From Acidobacteriaceae bacterium (lineage in GTDB: Bacteria; Acidobacteriota; Terriglobia; Terriglobales; Acidobacteriaceae), in assembly GCA_036378335.1 (NCBI GenBank), contig DASUWP010000120.1, forward strand, positions 1,704 to 65,703: a stretch of DNA of 64,000 nt, written 5' to 3'. The notes under the pieces are model-generated. The model was not told the DNA's origin. It was given only the letters and a program-made list of their open reading frames with translations, and ran no database searches. This document shows, in pieces, positions 31,292 through 41,092 of the stretch (positions are counted from its first letter, which is position 1; each line of letters opens with the position of its first letter). Made by a program: the position numbers and the translations under genes.

Positions 31292-32695
31292 CTAGGTGGC
31301 GTCCGAAGTACCGGAACCCCCTCCGCTGTCCCGCAACGGTTCTACGATCAATTGCAGCCCCGGGTTCCGCTCTACTTCTACTCCGCTCATCCATAAGATG
31401 CCGTTTCCCACAGCGAGCACCGGACAGATTCTGCGGTCTGCCGCGGAAAGACCGCGCCGTTCCAGCACTTCCTTTACTGTTTTTAGCCCGCTGCTGTGCG
31501 GCACACGGACCCGATCTCCAGTTCGTGGGGTGCGCAGTACCAGGGTGCCGGCGCCAGAGAGGCTTCCACTGGTGGTCACCCGATAGCCATATTCCGGCGC
31601 TTCCAGCGCGCCCGGCACTGGCACAACGATCTCTGGCAGCGCGGACTGCGCCTGCTCAGGTCCGCAGACAAGCCGCAGTTCCCGCGCGGTGCGCTCCGCG
31701 GTCAACCCGGCACCCAGTTGGAATCGGCCTCGGTTGCCTGTCCCGTGCTCAGCTGATACCGCGAGCGCTCGCAGCTCTTCCGTCTGGTCGAAGCTGAGAG
31801 CAGAGCCCAGTTGGCCAGCCGCAGCCCGCAACACCCGGCGCTGCAACGCCGGGTGCAGAGCACGAAGTCGCTGCAGTTCGATGGCGATACCTGCTTCCCC
31901 CGGCCGGGTGGAGTTCGCGCGGCCCCCACCACGCACCGGCTTTCCCGGCAATACGAGTCCGGGCAGGATGCGTGTCAGTTCGCGGTCCCACCATGCCTCT
32001 TCATCGCGCGCTACGGCAGCCATCCGCGAGAGTTGCACGGCGATGCGCGGCTGAAACTCCCGGAGCTTTGGCATCAGGACGTGGCGCACGCGATTGCGGG
32101 TGAACGTCAGCTCCTGATTGGTGCTGTCCTCGCGCCAAGGCTGCTCTCGATCCTCCAGATAGGCGATGACCTCGGCGCGGGTCACTTCGAGCAGCGGCCG
32201 CACAATCCGTCCCTTGCCATTCACTGTGACCACGGGGGCGATGCCGGCCAGGCCCTCGGTCCACGCGCCGCGCAGCATCTTCATCAACACCGTCTCCGCC
32301 TGATCATCCATGGTGTGGGCGGTCGCGACAGTATCTGTGTCATCCGCCGCAAGTAGCTCCTGAAAACTTGCGTAACGCAGCGCGCGTGCCGCCTCCTCAA
32401 TACCATTGCCACGCTCGGCAGCAAGCGACGCGACATTGCCGCGCTTTGTGCAGAGCGGCACATCGAGCCGGCTGGCGAGCTCCGCGACGAACTTGGCGTC
32501 GCCATCCGCATCCGCGCCGCGGAGTCCGTGATGCACATGGATCGCGGCGAGCACGATGCCGGTCTCCGCGCGCAAGTCAACCATCGCCAGCAGCAGCGCC
32601 ACGGAGTCCGCTCCGCCCGACACCGCCACAGCGACACGTTCGCCCGCACGGAACAGGTTGTGTGCCCAATTGAGCCGTGGTGCGTGCACTGCCAT
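31292..32695 (-). CDS. tilS: tRNA(Ile)-lysidine synthetase TilS
   Basis: The PP-loop reads VAVAVSGGADSVAL. It has the HVHHGLRG motif. It sits upstream of ftsH, which is conserved synteny. Confidence 0.9.
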   Translation of the reverse strand: MAVHAPRLNWAHNLFRAGERVAVAVSGGADSVALLLAMVDLRAETGIVLAAIHVHHGLRGADADGDAKFVAELASRLDVPLCTKRGNVASLAAERGNGIEEAARALRYASFQELLAADDTDTVATAHTMDDQAETVLMKMLRGAWTEGLAGIAPVVTVNGKGRIVRPLLEVTRAEVIAYLEDREQPWREDSTNQELTFTRNRVRHVLMPKLREFQPRIAVQLSRMAAVARDEEAWWDRELTRILPGLVLPGKPVRGGGRANSTRPGEAGIAIELQRLRALHPALQRRVLRAAAGQLGSALSFDQTEELRALAVSAEHGTGNRGRFQLGAGLTAERTARELRLVCGPEQAQSALPEIVVPVPGALEAPEYGYRVTTSGSLSGAGTLVLRTPRTGDRVRVPHSSGLKTVKEVLERRGLSAADRRICPVLAVGNGILWMSGVEVERNPGLQLIVEPLRDSGGGSGTSDAT

Positions 32696-32769
32696 CGCGC
32701 ACCCAGTGTACGAGCAAGAGCTCCTCTAGCTCACGGCTGCGAATGAGTCGGCGGTCTATACTCACAGGC

Positions 32770-33243
32770 ATGCTCGCCACCCGCGCCGCTACTGCCGCTG
32801 ACGCTGCCATCATTACCCGCCATCGCCGGCGCATGTTCGTGGATGCAGGCCGTTCCGACAATCGCGTTCTCGACGTCATGGAGGAGCACTTTCAGCCCTG
32901 GGTCGTAAGCCGGTTGCAGTCCGGCACGTACATGGGGTGGTTCGCACTGGACGATGCCGGGGAGGTGATCGGAGGTAGCGGACTGATGATTCTCGATTGG
33001 CCGCCACACCCGCTCGATCCTACGTCCGACCATCGCGGCTACCTGCTGAACGTTTATGTCGAGCCCGCGCACCGCAGGAAGCACATCGCGAGCAGGCTAA
33101 TCGAACTTGCGCTGGATGAGGCGCGCCGTCGTCGCATCCGAGTGGTCGCTCTGCATTCTACCGACGCTGGGCGCGCTCTCTACGAAAGCAATGGCTTCCG
33201 CGCGACGAACGAGATGTTCTATGTGGAGTCGGTCGAGGGCTGA
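32770..33243 (+). CDS. GNAT-family N-acetyltransferase
   Basis: The acetyl-CoA site reads YVEPAHRRKHIASRLIE. The C-terminus reads ALYESNGF. The start was moved to the ATG at 32770. Confidence 0.8.
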   Translation: MLATRAATAADAAIITRHRRRMFVDAGRSDNRVLDVMEEHFQPWVVSRLQSGTYMGWFALDDAGEVIGGSGLMILDWPPHPLDPTSDHRGYLLNVYVEPAHRRKHIASRLIELALDEARRRRIRVVALHSTDAGRALYESNGFRATNEMFYVESVEG

Positions 33244-33259
33244 ACGTCCGGCCCGGTAA

Positions 33260-33904
33260 TCACCGCGCGGGTGCTGTGAGCTCAGTCGCGGCTGCCTGGC
33301 TCTCCGCAAGCAACGTTTGCTCGAGCGGCATGCCCAGCAGTGGGGTGACCAATGCAACGATCTCCGGCACGATCGCCTCTGCCGGTCTTCGATCGGGAGT
33401 ATTCAGCCACTCTTTCACCGCGCCATAGATTGCCCAGCTCGCCGCCGCGGATTGCATGGCGCGCCGCGCTTCCGGGACTGAGGTGTGCTTCGCCATCCCG
33501 TCCGCGACGACGCGCCGAATGGCGGCAATCATGGCTGCGTCCTCCAGAGCATCGACGTTGCTACGGCGCTCACATCCGCCCTGCGCGCCGCGCATTGTCG
33601 CGAGGTAATCGCAGGCAGCCAGGACAATGGCCCGGGCAGCGGATGGGCAGGTGCCGTCGTAACGGACCGAACGCTCCTGCAGCAGCCGGTGGAAGCCCCC
33701 GGCAATCAAGGCCTCCAACAGCGCGAATTTGTCCGTGTAGTGGTCGTAGAAGGTGGCGCGGTTCACCGTCGCGGCTTCGGCGATGTCCTGCACCGAAATG
33801 TCGTCAAACGGCTTAGACCCAAGCAGTTGCAGCAGCGCGCCTTGCAGGAGTTGGCGCGTGCGGCGGATCCGTGGATCGCGTACCTCACAGTCGGAGATCG
33901 GCAT
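33260..33904 (-). CDS. TetR-family transcriptional regulator
   Basis: The N-terminal HTH reads FDDISVQDIAEAATVNRATFYDHYTDKFAL. Confidence 0.9.
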   Translation of the reverse strand: MPISDCEVRDPRIRRTRQLLQGALLQLLGSKPFDDISVQDIAEAATVNRATFYDHYTDKFALLEALIAGGFHRLLQERSVRYDGTCPSAARAIVLAACDYLATMRGAQGGCERRSNVDALEDAAMIAAIRRVVADGMAKHTSVPEARRAMQSAAASWAIYGAVKEWLNTPDRRPAEAIVPEIVALVTPLLGMPLEQTLLAESQAAATELTAPAR

Positions 33905-33951
33905 GACTATCCTGAAAAGCTAAAAAAACTCTGAATCGTCTGAACAACGAG

Positions 33952-33972
33952 TGTCGTCTACATAGCACGACA
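33952..33972. promoter_or_regulatory. Candidate TetR operator in the tetR/azoR divergent region
   Basis: Inverted repeat TGTCGT-N9-ACGACA, 48 nt from the tetR start and 44 nt from the azoR start. Confidence 0.3.
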
Positions 33973-34015
33973 TTTGCTGTTTTGACTGCATATGTCGCCC
34001 AGGAGATTCAAATCT

Positions 34016-34636
34016 ATGCCGACACTACTCCATCTTGACGCCAGCCCGCTTGAAACCTCCGTCAGCCGCGAACTTGCCCGTGAATTCGTCGCCACATGGA
34101 AATCCAGCCATCCAGAGGGAACTGTGGTCTACCGTGACCTCGCCGCACTGACGCCGGCTCCGATCAGCCAGGCCTGGGTGCACGCGGCCTTTACCCCCGC
34201 AGATTCCCGGACCGCTGAGCAGAAAGCGTTGCTTGCACCCTCCGACGAGCTGATCGGTGAGCTCCAGACCGCTGACGAGATCGTCATCGGCGTCCCGATG
34301 CACAACTTCTCTGTGCCGTCCGCCCTGAAGCTATGGATCGACCAAATTGTGCGCGCTGGCCGCACCTTTACCTATGGCGCCAACGGTCCGAAAGGTTTGC
34401 TGACGGGCAAAAAAGCGACACTACTGGTGGCTAGCGGCGGAGTGTATTCGCCGGGCAGCCCGGCCGAGGCCATGAATTTCGTCGACCCCTACATGAAAGC
34501 GGTGCTGGGATTCATTGGAATCACAAATGTGCGCAGCCTTTCTGTTGGCGGCGTCTCGCAACTCATGTCTGGAGCCATCGACCGCAGCACCTTGCTCCAA
34601 CCCGCGCTGGAGCAGATACGCAGCAGCGCTGCCTGA
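34016..34636 (+). CDS. azoR: FMN-dependent NADH-azoreductase
   Basis: MPTLLHLDASP...VIGVPMHNFSVPSALKLWIDQIVRAGRTF is the AzoR/flavodoxin-like pattern. An AGGAGA Shine-Dalgarno sequence lies 9 nt upstream of the ATG at 34016. Confidence 0.85.
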   Translation: MPTLLHLDASPLETSVSRELAREFVATWKSSHPEGTVVYRDLAALTPAPISQAWVHAAFTPADSRTAEQKALLAPSDELIGELQTADEIVIGVPMHNFSVPSALKLWIDQIVRAGRTFTYGANGPKGLLTGKKATLLVASGGVYSPGSPAEAMNFVDPYMKAVLGFIGITNVRSLSVGGVSQLMSGAIDRSTLLQPALEQIRSSAA

Positions 34637-34685
34637 GGTTAAGATTCCTATCGTCGGACCACCTGCTCATTGAGGAGAAGCACAC

Positions 34686-35075
34686 ATGAAAGTTGCTGTC
34701 CTGATTGCACGTATTCTTCTGGGCCTGATTTTTGTTTTCTTTGGCCTCAATGGGCTCCTTCACTTCCTCCCATCGCCACCCATTCCGGGGGTCGCGGGCC
34801 AATTCGTCGGCGCCCTCTTCGCCTCGCATTACGTGCTGGTGGTCTCCGCATTGCAGGTCATCGGCGGCCTTCTGATGCTCTCCGGTCGTTATATTCCACT
34901 CGGCCTGGTTATCCTCGGGCCGATTATCGTGAACATTCTGCTGTTTCATCTGACCATGGCGCCGTCGAGTATTGGACCTGGACTGCTCGTCACACTGCTC
35001 TGGTTTGTTGTCTTCTTCAGCGTGCGTCAGGCGTTCGCCGGCATCTTCGCGGCGAAAGTAGAGCCCGCGGTGTAA
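34686..35075 (+). CDS. DoxX-like small membrane protein
   Basis: Four TM helices. The N-terminus IARILLGLIFVFFGLNGLLHF is DoxX-like. Confidence 0.6.
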   Translation: MKVAVLIARILLGLIFVFFGLNGLLHFLPSPPIPGVAGQFVGALFASHYVLVVSALQVIGGLLMLSGRYIPLGLVILGPIIVNILLFHLTMAPSSIGPGLLVTLLWFVVFFSVRQAFAGIFAAKVEPAV

Positions 35076-35077
35076 AC

Positions 35078-35100
35078 GAAGGCCGCCTCGCGCGGCCTTC
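35078..35100. terminator. GC hairpin between convergent genes
   Basis: GAAGGCCGC-CTCGC-GCGGCCTTC, 3 nt after the DoxX-like stop and 17 nt before the convergent gene's stop. There is no strong T tract. Confidence 0.45.
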
Positions 35101-35116
35101 ACGCGTTGCTGCGCCG

Positions 35117-35662
35117 CTACGCCGCGGCGCGAATCGCCCTGCGCACCAGGTCCGTGGTAGCGCCGTAAACCAGGTGTGCTGCCAATGGAGTTGCCTGCGC
35201 TGCGATGGGCTGTTCCGCTGGCGACGGCGCCAGGCCGAATGCCGGAACGCCGACCAGGTCTGCGCTTGCAAACAGCAGCGCGCCGAAGGCCGTTCCGAAT
35301 CCCAGACTGGTCCAGTGTGAGCATTCGGCGAGAGCGCCATACACACCGCCGACCAGCGCTCCGAAAGTGTAATGCACCACGGGTCCAGCCTCCTTCCGCT
35401 CTTCATGCGAAAGGTGCCGCCCACCAGTCACTCCGTGGACGATGCCCTCTGCTGCCTTCATGGTCGCGTCTTCTTTCGGTTCGTCGGTTTGCTCCTGTTG
35501 GTGGAGATGCTGTTCGAGACTGTCCTCATCGCTCAGGAGTGACTCCGTCAACCTTTCTCCCACGCTGCTCATAAACACGTTCATCACCCAGGATGCAGCT
35601 AGTCCACCGGCAATGCCGGCCAGAGTGCCCCGCACCAGACGTCTTCTCTGCGCTCGCCTCAT
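35117..35662 (-). CDS. Membrane protein, DUF1440/YagU-like
   Basis: Gly-rich TM helices (LAGIAGGLAASWVMN, FGALVGGVYGAL, GFGTAFGALLFA) with an acidic loop. Confidence 0.5.
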   Translation of the reverse strand: MRRAQRRRLVRGTLAGIAGGLAASWVMNVFMSSVGERLTESLLSDEDSLEQHLHQQEQTDEPKEDATMKAAEGIVHGVTGGRHLSHEERKEAGPVVHYTFGALVGGVYGALAECSHWTSLGFGTAFGALLFASADLVGVPAFGLAPSPAEQPIAAQATPLAAHLVYGATTDLVRRAIRAAA

Positions 35663-35777
35663 CGTTCTTCTCTCCTTCCAGCCAATCTCAAAGACGGCCG
35701 TCTCTATGGAGGATGCTTGCGGGCTCGAATACGCTTACCGGCAGCGCTCCTTTCCACCCCGGTATACTCAACTTCTT

Positions 35778-36497
35778 ATGCGCGTCTTCGTTATTCTGCC
35801 CGCTGCGGGGCTGGGCACCCGCATGGCGCCGGGGCAGGTCACGCCCAATGCCGCCAAGCAATTCCTGGATCTCGCCGGAGTCCCCATTCTGATCCACAGC
35901 CTGCGCGCCTTCGCGGCCGTGCCGCAGGTGAGCGCCATCGTGGTGGCGGTCCGTGCGAGCGAGATTGAGCGCGTACAGTCCATCGTCGCCGAGCATCAGC
36001 TCGCCGGACGCGTCACGGTGGTGGAGGGTGGAGACAGCCGCCAGGAATCGGTCGGGCGCGCGCTTGCAGCGGTACAGGCGGAAGGCGACGACATCGTGCT
36101 GGTGCACGACGCTGTCCGTCCCCTGATCGACTCCGCCACTATCGCACGTACCATCGAAGCTGTCACCGAGCATGGAGCGGCTATCGTCGGCCTGCCCGCT
36201 ATCGACACTATCAAACAGGTGGAGCGCACCGCACACGGCGCCATCATCCGCACCACCATTCCGCGCGAGTATGTCGTGCAGGCGCAGACGCCGCAGGGCT
36301 TCCGCTGGTCGATTCTGAAACGCGCCTTCGCCGAAGCTGAAGCAGATGGCTTTGCCGGGACCGACGAGGCAAGCCTGGTGGAACGCGCCGGCACGCAGGT
36401 CGCCGTCGTTCCCGGCTCACCTGCGAACCTGAAAATTACCCAGCCCGGCGACCTTGAGCTCGCCGAGTTCTACCTCGCCCGCCGCCAGACGGCATAA
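35778..36497 (+). CDS. ispD: 2-C-methyl-D-erythritol 4-phosphate cytidylyltransferase
   Basis: The N-terminal P-loop reads ILPAAGLGTRM. Also VHDAVRPL and Q.P. motifs. The start was moved to the ATG at 35778. Confidence 0.9.
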   Translation: MRVFVILPAAGLGTRMAPGQVTPNAAKQFLDLAGVPILIHSLRAFAAVPQVSAIVVAVRASEIERVQSIVAEHQLAGRVTVVEGGDSRQESVGRALAAVQAEGDDIVLVHDAVRPLIDSATIARTIEAVTEHGAAIVGLPAIDTIKQVERTAHGAIIRTTIPREYVVQAQTPQGFRWSILKRAFAEAEADGFAGTDEASLVERAGTQVAVVPGSPANLKITQPGDLELAEFYLARRQTA

Positions 36498-36542
36498 AGC
36501 GAGGCAGGAACCGCGGCGTAGCCGCGCGAAAGAGAGGCTTTC

Positions 36543-37166
36543 ATGAACATTCGCATCGGTCACGGCTGGGACTCCCATGCCTTCCAGGCCGGAGTCCCGC
36601 TGCGCATCGGCGGCATTGCCATCGAGCACCCGGAGGGCCTCGCTGGTCACAGCGACGGTGACGTATTGCTGCACGCGCTTACCGATGCGCTGCTCGGCGC
36701 GGTTGCTGCGGGCGACATCGGCACCTTCTTTCCCCCCGGCGATGCGCGATGGAAGAACGCCGATTCGACGGTCTTCCTCAACCTGGCGCTCGAAGAGATT
36801 CAGCACGCCGGCTACCGGATCGTGAATCTGGATGCGACGCTGGTGCTGGCCAAACCGAAGATCTCACCCATTGCCGGAGAAATTCGCGAGCGGCTGGCCG
36901 ACCTGCTGAGCCTCGACACGAAAGCGATCTCTATCAAAGCGAAGACGCCGGAAGGCCTCGGTCTGGATCATGTCGCGCAGGCGCATGCGACCGTGCTGCT
37001 GGAAAAAGTCGAAGACCCGGACGAGATCAAATCCATGAGCGCTGTGATCGAAAACCAGCGCCACCTGGAAGACGTGGTGCGCAACCTGCTCGCCGAGGTA
37101 CACGGCACGAGCCCGCAGCGGCAGACCGTAAAGGTGAAGGTATTCGACACGGACGACATCACCTAG
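36543..37166 (+). CDS. ispF: 2-C-methyl-D-erythritol 2,4-cyclodiphosphate synthase with a C-terminal extension of about 45 aa
   Basis: RIGHGWDSH...GHSDGDVLLHALTDALLGA...DIG are the IspF zinc and substrate motifs. The extension reads EDPDEIKSMSAVIENQRHLEDVV... Confidence 0.9.
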   Translation: MNIRIGHGWDSHAFQAGVPLRIGGIAIEHPEGLAGHSDGDVLLHALTDALLGAVAAGDIGTFFPPGDARWKNADSTVFLNLALEEIQHAGYRIVNLDATLVLAKPKISPIAGEIRERLADLLSLDTKAISIKAKTPEGLGLDHVAQAHATVLLEKVEDPDEIKSMSAVIENQRHLEDVVRNLLAEVHGTSPQRQTVKVKVFDTDDIT

Positions 37167-37188
37167 AGCAATCGGCAAACCGCACTCT

Positions 37189-38889
37189 TCACTCTTCCGA
37201 TGGCGCAGATCGGTCGTAAATGACCCGCCCATCGAAGATCGTGAGATCGACCTGCGTGTTCTGGATCTGCACTGGATCGATGTGAAAGATGTCCTGAGAC
37301 AACACGGCGAAATCGGCGAGCTTGCCCGCTTCCACTGAGCCTTTGCTTTTGTCGTCGAACTGCGCATAGGCCGAGCCCACCGTGTATGCATGAACCGCCT
37401 GGGCCACAGTGATCTTCTGCTCGGGAATCCAGCCATTCGGGTTGCGATTGTCCAGCGTCCTGCGCGTGACGGCCGCAAAGATGCCCACCAGCGGCTTCAG
37501 CGGCGCGACCGGCCAGTCGGAGCCGAAGGCGAGGACTGCGCCCGAGTCCAGTAGCGAGCGAAAGTCATACGCGTAGTGAATGCGCTCTGGCCCGAGACGC
37601 TTCTCCGCCCAGCGTCCGTCATCGATGGCGTGGTACGGCTGCATGGAAGCAATCACGCGAAGTTGCGCGAAGCGCGGAATATCCGCGGCCGTCAGATGTT
37701 GCGCATGCTCGATGCGCAGACGGCGATCGCGTGGCCCGTTCGCCTTTTCGAGGCGCTGATACAGGTCGAGTATCGCGCGATTCGCATGATCGCCGATGGC
37801 GTGAATGGCGATCTGCAGCCCGGCATTGTCGGCGCCCTTCATATCGGTAAACATCTGTTCCGGATGCTGCAGTTCGTCAGTCGCCAAACCGCTCGTGTTC
37901 GGCGCATCGTTGTAGGGAGCAAATAGCCACGCCGTAGACGCGCCGAGGCCGCCATCGGCAAAGGCTTTGAGGCCGCCCACCTGAATGAGCCCATCGCTGA
38001 ATCCCGCCTGCATGCCGCTGCCTGCCAGGTTCTTCCAGTCCACCAGCCGCAGGTTCACGGAGATGCGGACCTTCAGCCGGCCTTCGCGCTCCAGTGCCTG
38101 CAGCGCGCGAAGATGCTGCGGACCCGATGTATCGTCCTGATCATCGGCCATCTCCTGCACGCTGGTCACGCCGTTGCGTGCCGCTTCTTCCTGCCCGGCA
38201 AGGATAGCCATCTCGGTCTCCTGAAGTGAAGGCGGCGGGATGACGCGGTGAATCAGCGTCATGGCAGCATCTTTGAACATGCCGGTTGGATTGCCATCCG
38301 CATCGCGCACAATCACGCCGCCCGGCACATCCTTCGTATTGCGGTCCACGCCGGCAAGCCTCATGGCCAACGCATTTGCCAGCCCCATATGGCCGTCCAG
38401 CCGCATAACGAAGACTGGGTTCTTTGGCGTCACGTCATCGATCAATTGATGAGTCGGGAGCACGGCGGGCGTCCAGCGCTCGTGATCCCAAATACCGGAC
38501 AGGATCCATACGCCTGCAGGCTGCGACTGGGCGAAGCGGGCAATGCGCCCGCGAAACTCTGCTTGCGATGAGGCGTCGAGAAGCTGCACATTCGCCAATA
38601 CCTGGCCACCGACAACGAAGTGAACATGTGCATCATTGAAGCCCGGAACAACTCGGCGTCCTTGCAGGTCGATCACGTGAGTGGAAGGGCCCGCAAGCTG
38701 CCGCATCTCGTCCGACATGCCGACGCGCAGAATGCGATTGCCATACACCGCGATCGCTTCGGTCTCCGGCTGCGCAGGATTTTCCGTCCAGACGTGCCCG
38801 TTCACCAGCACGAGCGTTGCATAGACCTGGGCATTCGCGGCAGTTGCACAAACCAGCAAAGCCCAAGGCACGACGAGTTGCTTCAGCAT
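37189..38889 (-). CDS. Secreted amidohydrolase-family (Amidohydro_3-like) metal hydrolase
   Basis: Signal peptide [20 protein letters not shown] from the ATG at 38889. Also GFNDAHVHF and a later HAIGD motif. Confidence 0.8.
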   Translation of the reverse strand: MLKQLVVPWALLVCATAANAQVYATLVLVNGHVWTENPAQPETEAIAVYGNRILRVGMSDEMRQLAGPSTHVIDLQGRRVVPGFNDAHVHFVVGGQVLANVQLLDASSQAEFRGRIARFAQSQPAGVWILSGIWDHERWTPAVLPTHQLIDDVTPKNPVFVMRLDGHMGLANALAMRLAGVDRNTKDVPGGVIVRDADGNPTGMFKDAAMTLIHRVIPPPSLQETEMAILAGQEEAARNGVTSVQEMADDQDDTSGPQHLRALQALEREGRLKVRISVNLRLVDWKNLAGSGMQAGFSDGLIQVGGLKAFADGGLGASTAWLFAPYNDAPNTSGLATDELQHPEQMFTDMKGADNAGLQIAIHAIGDHANRAILDLYQRLEKANGPRDRRLRIEHAQHLTAADIPRFAQLRVIASMQPYHAIDDGRWAEKRLGPERIHYAYDFRSLLDSGAVLAFGSDWPVAPLKPLVGIFAAVTRRTLDNRNPNGWIPEQKITVAQAVHAYTVGSAYAQFDDKSKGSVEAGKLADFAVLSQDIFHIDPVQIQNTQVDLTIFDGRVIYDRSAPSEE

Positions 38890-39002
38890 GATCGGAAGCA
38901 CCTGCTTAAAGAAGGATGTTTGCGGGGGCCTCAGTATAGGGGGCAAGTGCGTCACAACTACGAGAAAATCGTCGCCGGGTCGCTCACTTGCTACTCTAGG
39001 CC

Positions 39003-40832
39003 ATGCGCGCGCCGCTCCTGGCTGTTCTCTTCCTGCTGACTCCTGGCCTCTTCCCACAGAACACACCGCAGTCGAACGACTGGGCCACTCCGGCCGAGCA
39101 GTCCAATTACCGCACGACGCCCAACTACGCCACCACCATGGCCTACCTGCAGCGCATCGCCGCAGCGAAGCCGCAGCAGGTGCGCATCCAGGCCTTCGGC
39201 AAGACGGGTGAAGGCCGCGAGTTGGATATCGTGATTGCTTCGAACGACGGCGTCTTCGATCCCGACAAGCTGCACGCAGCCAAGCGTCCCATTGTGCTGG
39301 TGCAGAACGCGATCCATGCCGGCGAGATGGACGGCAAGGACAGCTGCCTCGCGCTGCTGCGCGACATGGTGATCACCGGCAAGGATGCGGCGCTGCTCGA
39401 TCGCGCTGTATTCGTCTTCATCCCCATGTACAACGCGGATGGCCACGAGCGCCGCTCGCCCTACAACCGCATCAACCAAAACGGCCCCGAAGAGATGGGC
39501 TGGCGGGGTAATGCGAGGAATATCAACCTGAATCGTGATTACATGAAGGCCGATGCACCGGAGACGCGCGCCTTCATGGCCATGTTTCATCGTTGGCTGC
39601 CCGATTTCTTTGTCGACGATCACGTCACCGATGGCGCTGATTTCCAGTACGACGTCACCTTCACCATCGAGCACTTTCCCAACCTCAATGCGGACACAGG
39701 ACGCTTGCTCGAAGAGAGCGTCATTCCGGATCTGGAGCACCAGGTCGATGCGACGGGCCACCTCGCCTCGCCTACTTACATCTCGCTGGTCGACGACTCC
39801 GATCCGGCAAAGGGACTCGGCTTCGATGCCTATGTTCCGCGCTTCTCAACCGGCTACATGAACCTGGAAAATCGGCCAAGCATGCTGGTCGAGATGCACA
39901 TGCTCAAGGACTACAAGACACGCGTAACCGGCAACTACGAGCTGTTGCGCGCGCTCCTCAAGGTCGTGAACCGGGATTCCGACAAGCTGATCGCACTGAA
40001 TGCCGCGGCCGATCACGAAGCAGAACAGCTCGGCGCTCACCCGCTGAGCAACGTTAGCTACCCGCTCGGCCTCGGCTGGTCGGGCGAGACTACGCCATTT
40101 CTCTTTCGTGGTTACAAATACACTCGCGAGCTCAGCGCCGTCTCCGGCACCATGTGGGTGCAGTACTCGCACGATCCATGGAACGCCACACTGCCCATGC
40201 GGACTGGAGCGAAAGTTACGGTCTCCGCCGTGCCTCCGGCAGCGTATATCGTTCCCGCGCAATGGACGCACGTTATCGACGTGCTCGCCGCACATCAGGT
40301 CGTGATGCGGCGAACCACTGCGGCCTGGACGGTGCCGGTCGAGACCTACCGCTGCCACGGCGGCAACTGGCAGCAGCCGCCCTTCGAGGGTCACCATCCG
40401 ATGTTCGGCGGCGAGGGCAGCAAAGGCCATCCGGGCGAGCCGCCGCAGTGCACACTCGTCACCGAGACAATGACGTTTCCGGCCAATTCGGCGGTTGTCG
40501 AGCTGAACCAGCGCCTCTCGCACGTGGCGATGGCCTGGCTGGAGCCGATGGCGCCCGACTCTGCGATGGCATGGAACGCCTTCGATCCCATCTTCGAGCA
40601 GCGCGAATATGGCGAGCCCTACGTTCTTGAAAAGCTGGCGCGCGAGATGATGGCCAAAGACCCCAAGCTCAAAACAGAGTTCGAACAGCGGGTCGAAAAT
40701 GATCCTAATTTTGCCGCAAGTCCACTGGCACGGCTCGAATTTTTCTATGACCGCTCGCCCTGGCTGGACCCGAGACTCGGCTTATATCCCGTGGGGAGAC
40801 TTACGAAGCTGGACGGCGTCCCGCTGCGCTAG
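39003..40832 (+). CDS. Secreted M14-family zinc carboxypeptidase-like protein
   Basis: Signal peptide present. The motif [16 protein letters not shown] resembles the HxxE zinc site. A long C-terminal domain follows. Confidence 0.75.
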   Translation: MRAPLLAVLFLLTPGLFPQNTPQSNDWATPAEQSNYRTTPNYATTMAYLQRIAAAKPQQVRIQAFGKTGEGRELDIVIASNDGVFDPDKLHAAKRPIVLVQNAIHAGEMDGKDSCLALLRDMVITGKDAALLDRAVFVFIPMYNADGHERRSPYNRINQNGPEEMGWRGNARNINLNRDYMKADAPETRAFMAMFHRWLPDFFVDDHVTDGADFQYDVTFTIEHFPNLNADTGRLLEESVIPDLEHQVDATGHLASPTYISLVDDSDPAKGLGFDAYVPRFSTGYMNLENRPSMLVEMHMLKDYKTRVTGNYELLRALLKVVNRDSDKLIALNAAADHEAEQLGAHPLSNVSYPLGLGWSGETTPFLFRGYKYTRELSAVSGTMWVQYSHDPWNATLPMRTGAKVTVSAVPPAAYIVPAQWTHVIDVLAAHQVVMRRTTAAWTVPVETYRCHGGNWQQPPFEGHHPMFGGEGSKGHPGEPPQCTLVTETMTFPANSAVVELNQRLSHVAMAWLEPMAPDSAMAWNAFDPIFEQREYGEPYVLEKLAREMMAKDPKLKTEFEQRVENDPNFAASPLARLEFFYDRSPWLDPRLGLYPVGRLTKLDGVPLR

Positions 40833-41057
40833 CCCTTAACAGCTGAGGATAGCGTCTTCATAGGCCAGCGTCTGACGATCTGCGCTGAGAAGCACCCATT
40901 GCCATCGTCTGCCCATGACGATCTCCTCGCCCGCCCGGGCTTTCGACCAATGCGAACGTGGTGGGACTTCGCCTTGCAGATGTTGATCATTTCCGACGCA
41001 TTCTTGGCTCATTTCACTTGATCAACCGCTTCGATTACCAAAGAGTATTGGTATTTA

Positions 41058-41091
41058 TCGCAATTTGCGATATTGTTATTGCGAATTGCAA
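41058..41091. promoter_or_regulatory. Two palindromic operator-like sites overlapping the promoter of the XRE gene
   Basis: A perfect palindrome, TCGCAA-T-TTGCGA, lies at 41058-41070. A related imperfect one, TTGCGA-A-TTGCAA, lies at 41079-41091 and ends 1 nt before the ATG at 41093. Both sit in a locally AT-rich stretch. A possible -35 TTGGTA and -10 TATTGT flank site 1. Confidence 0.5.
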
Positions 41092-41092
41092 T

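Noticed and set aside
35692-35703. A perfect 12-bp palindrome, AGACGGCCGTCT, in the DUF1440/ispD divergent region
   Set aside because: It is a single short GC-rich palindrome with no partner site. It is too short to separate from chance, so it is noted only.
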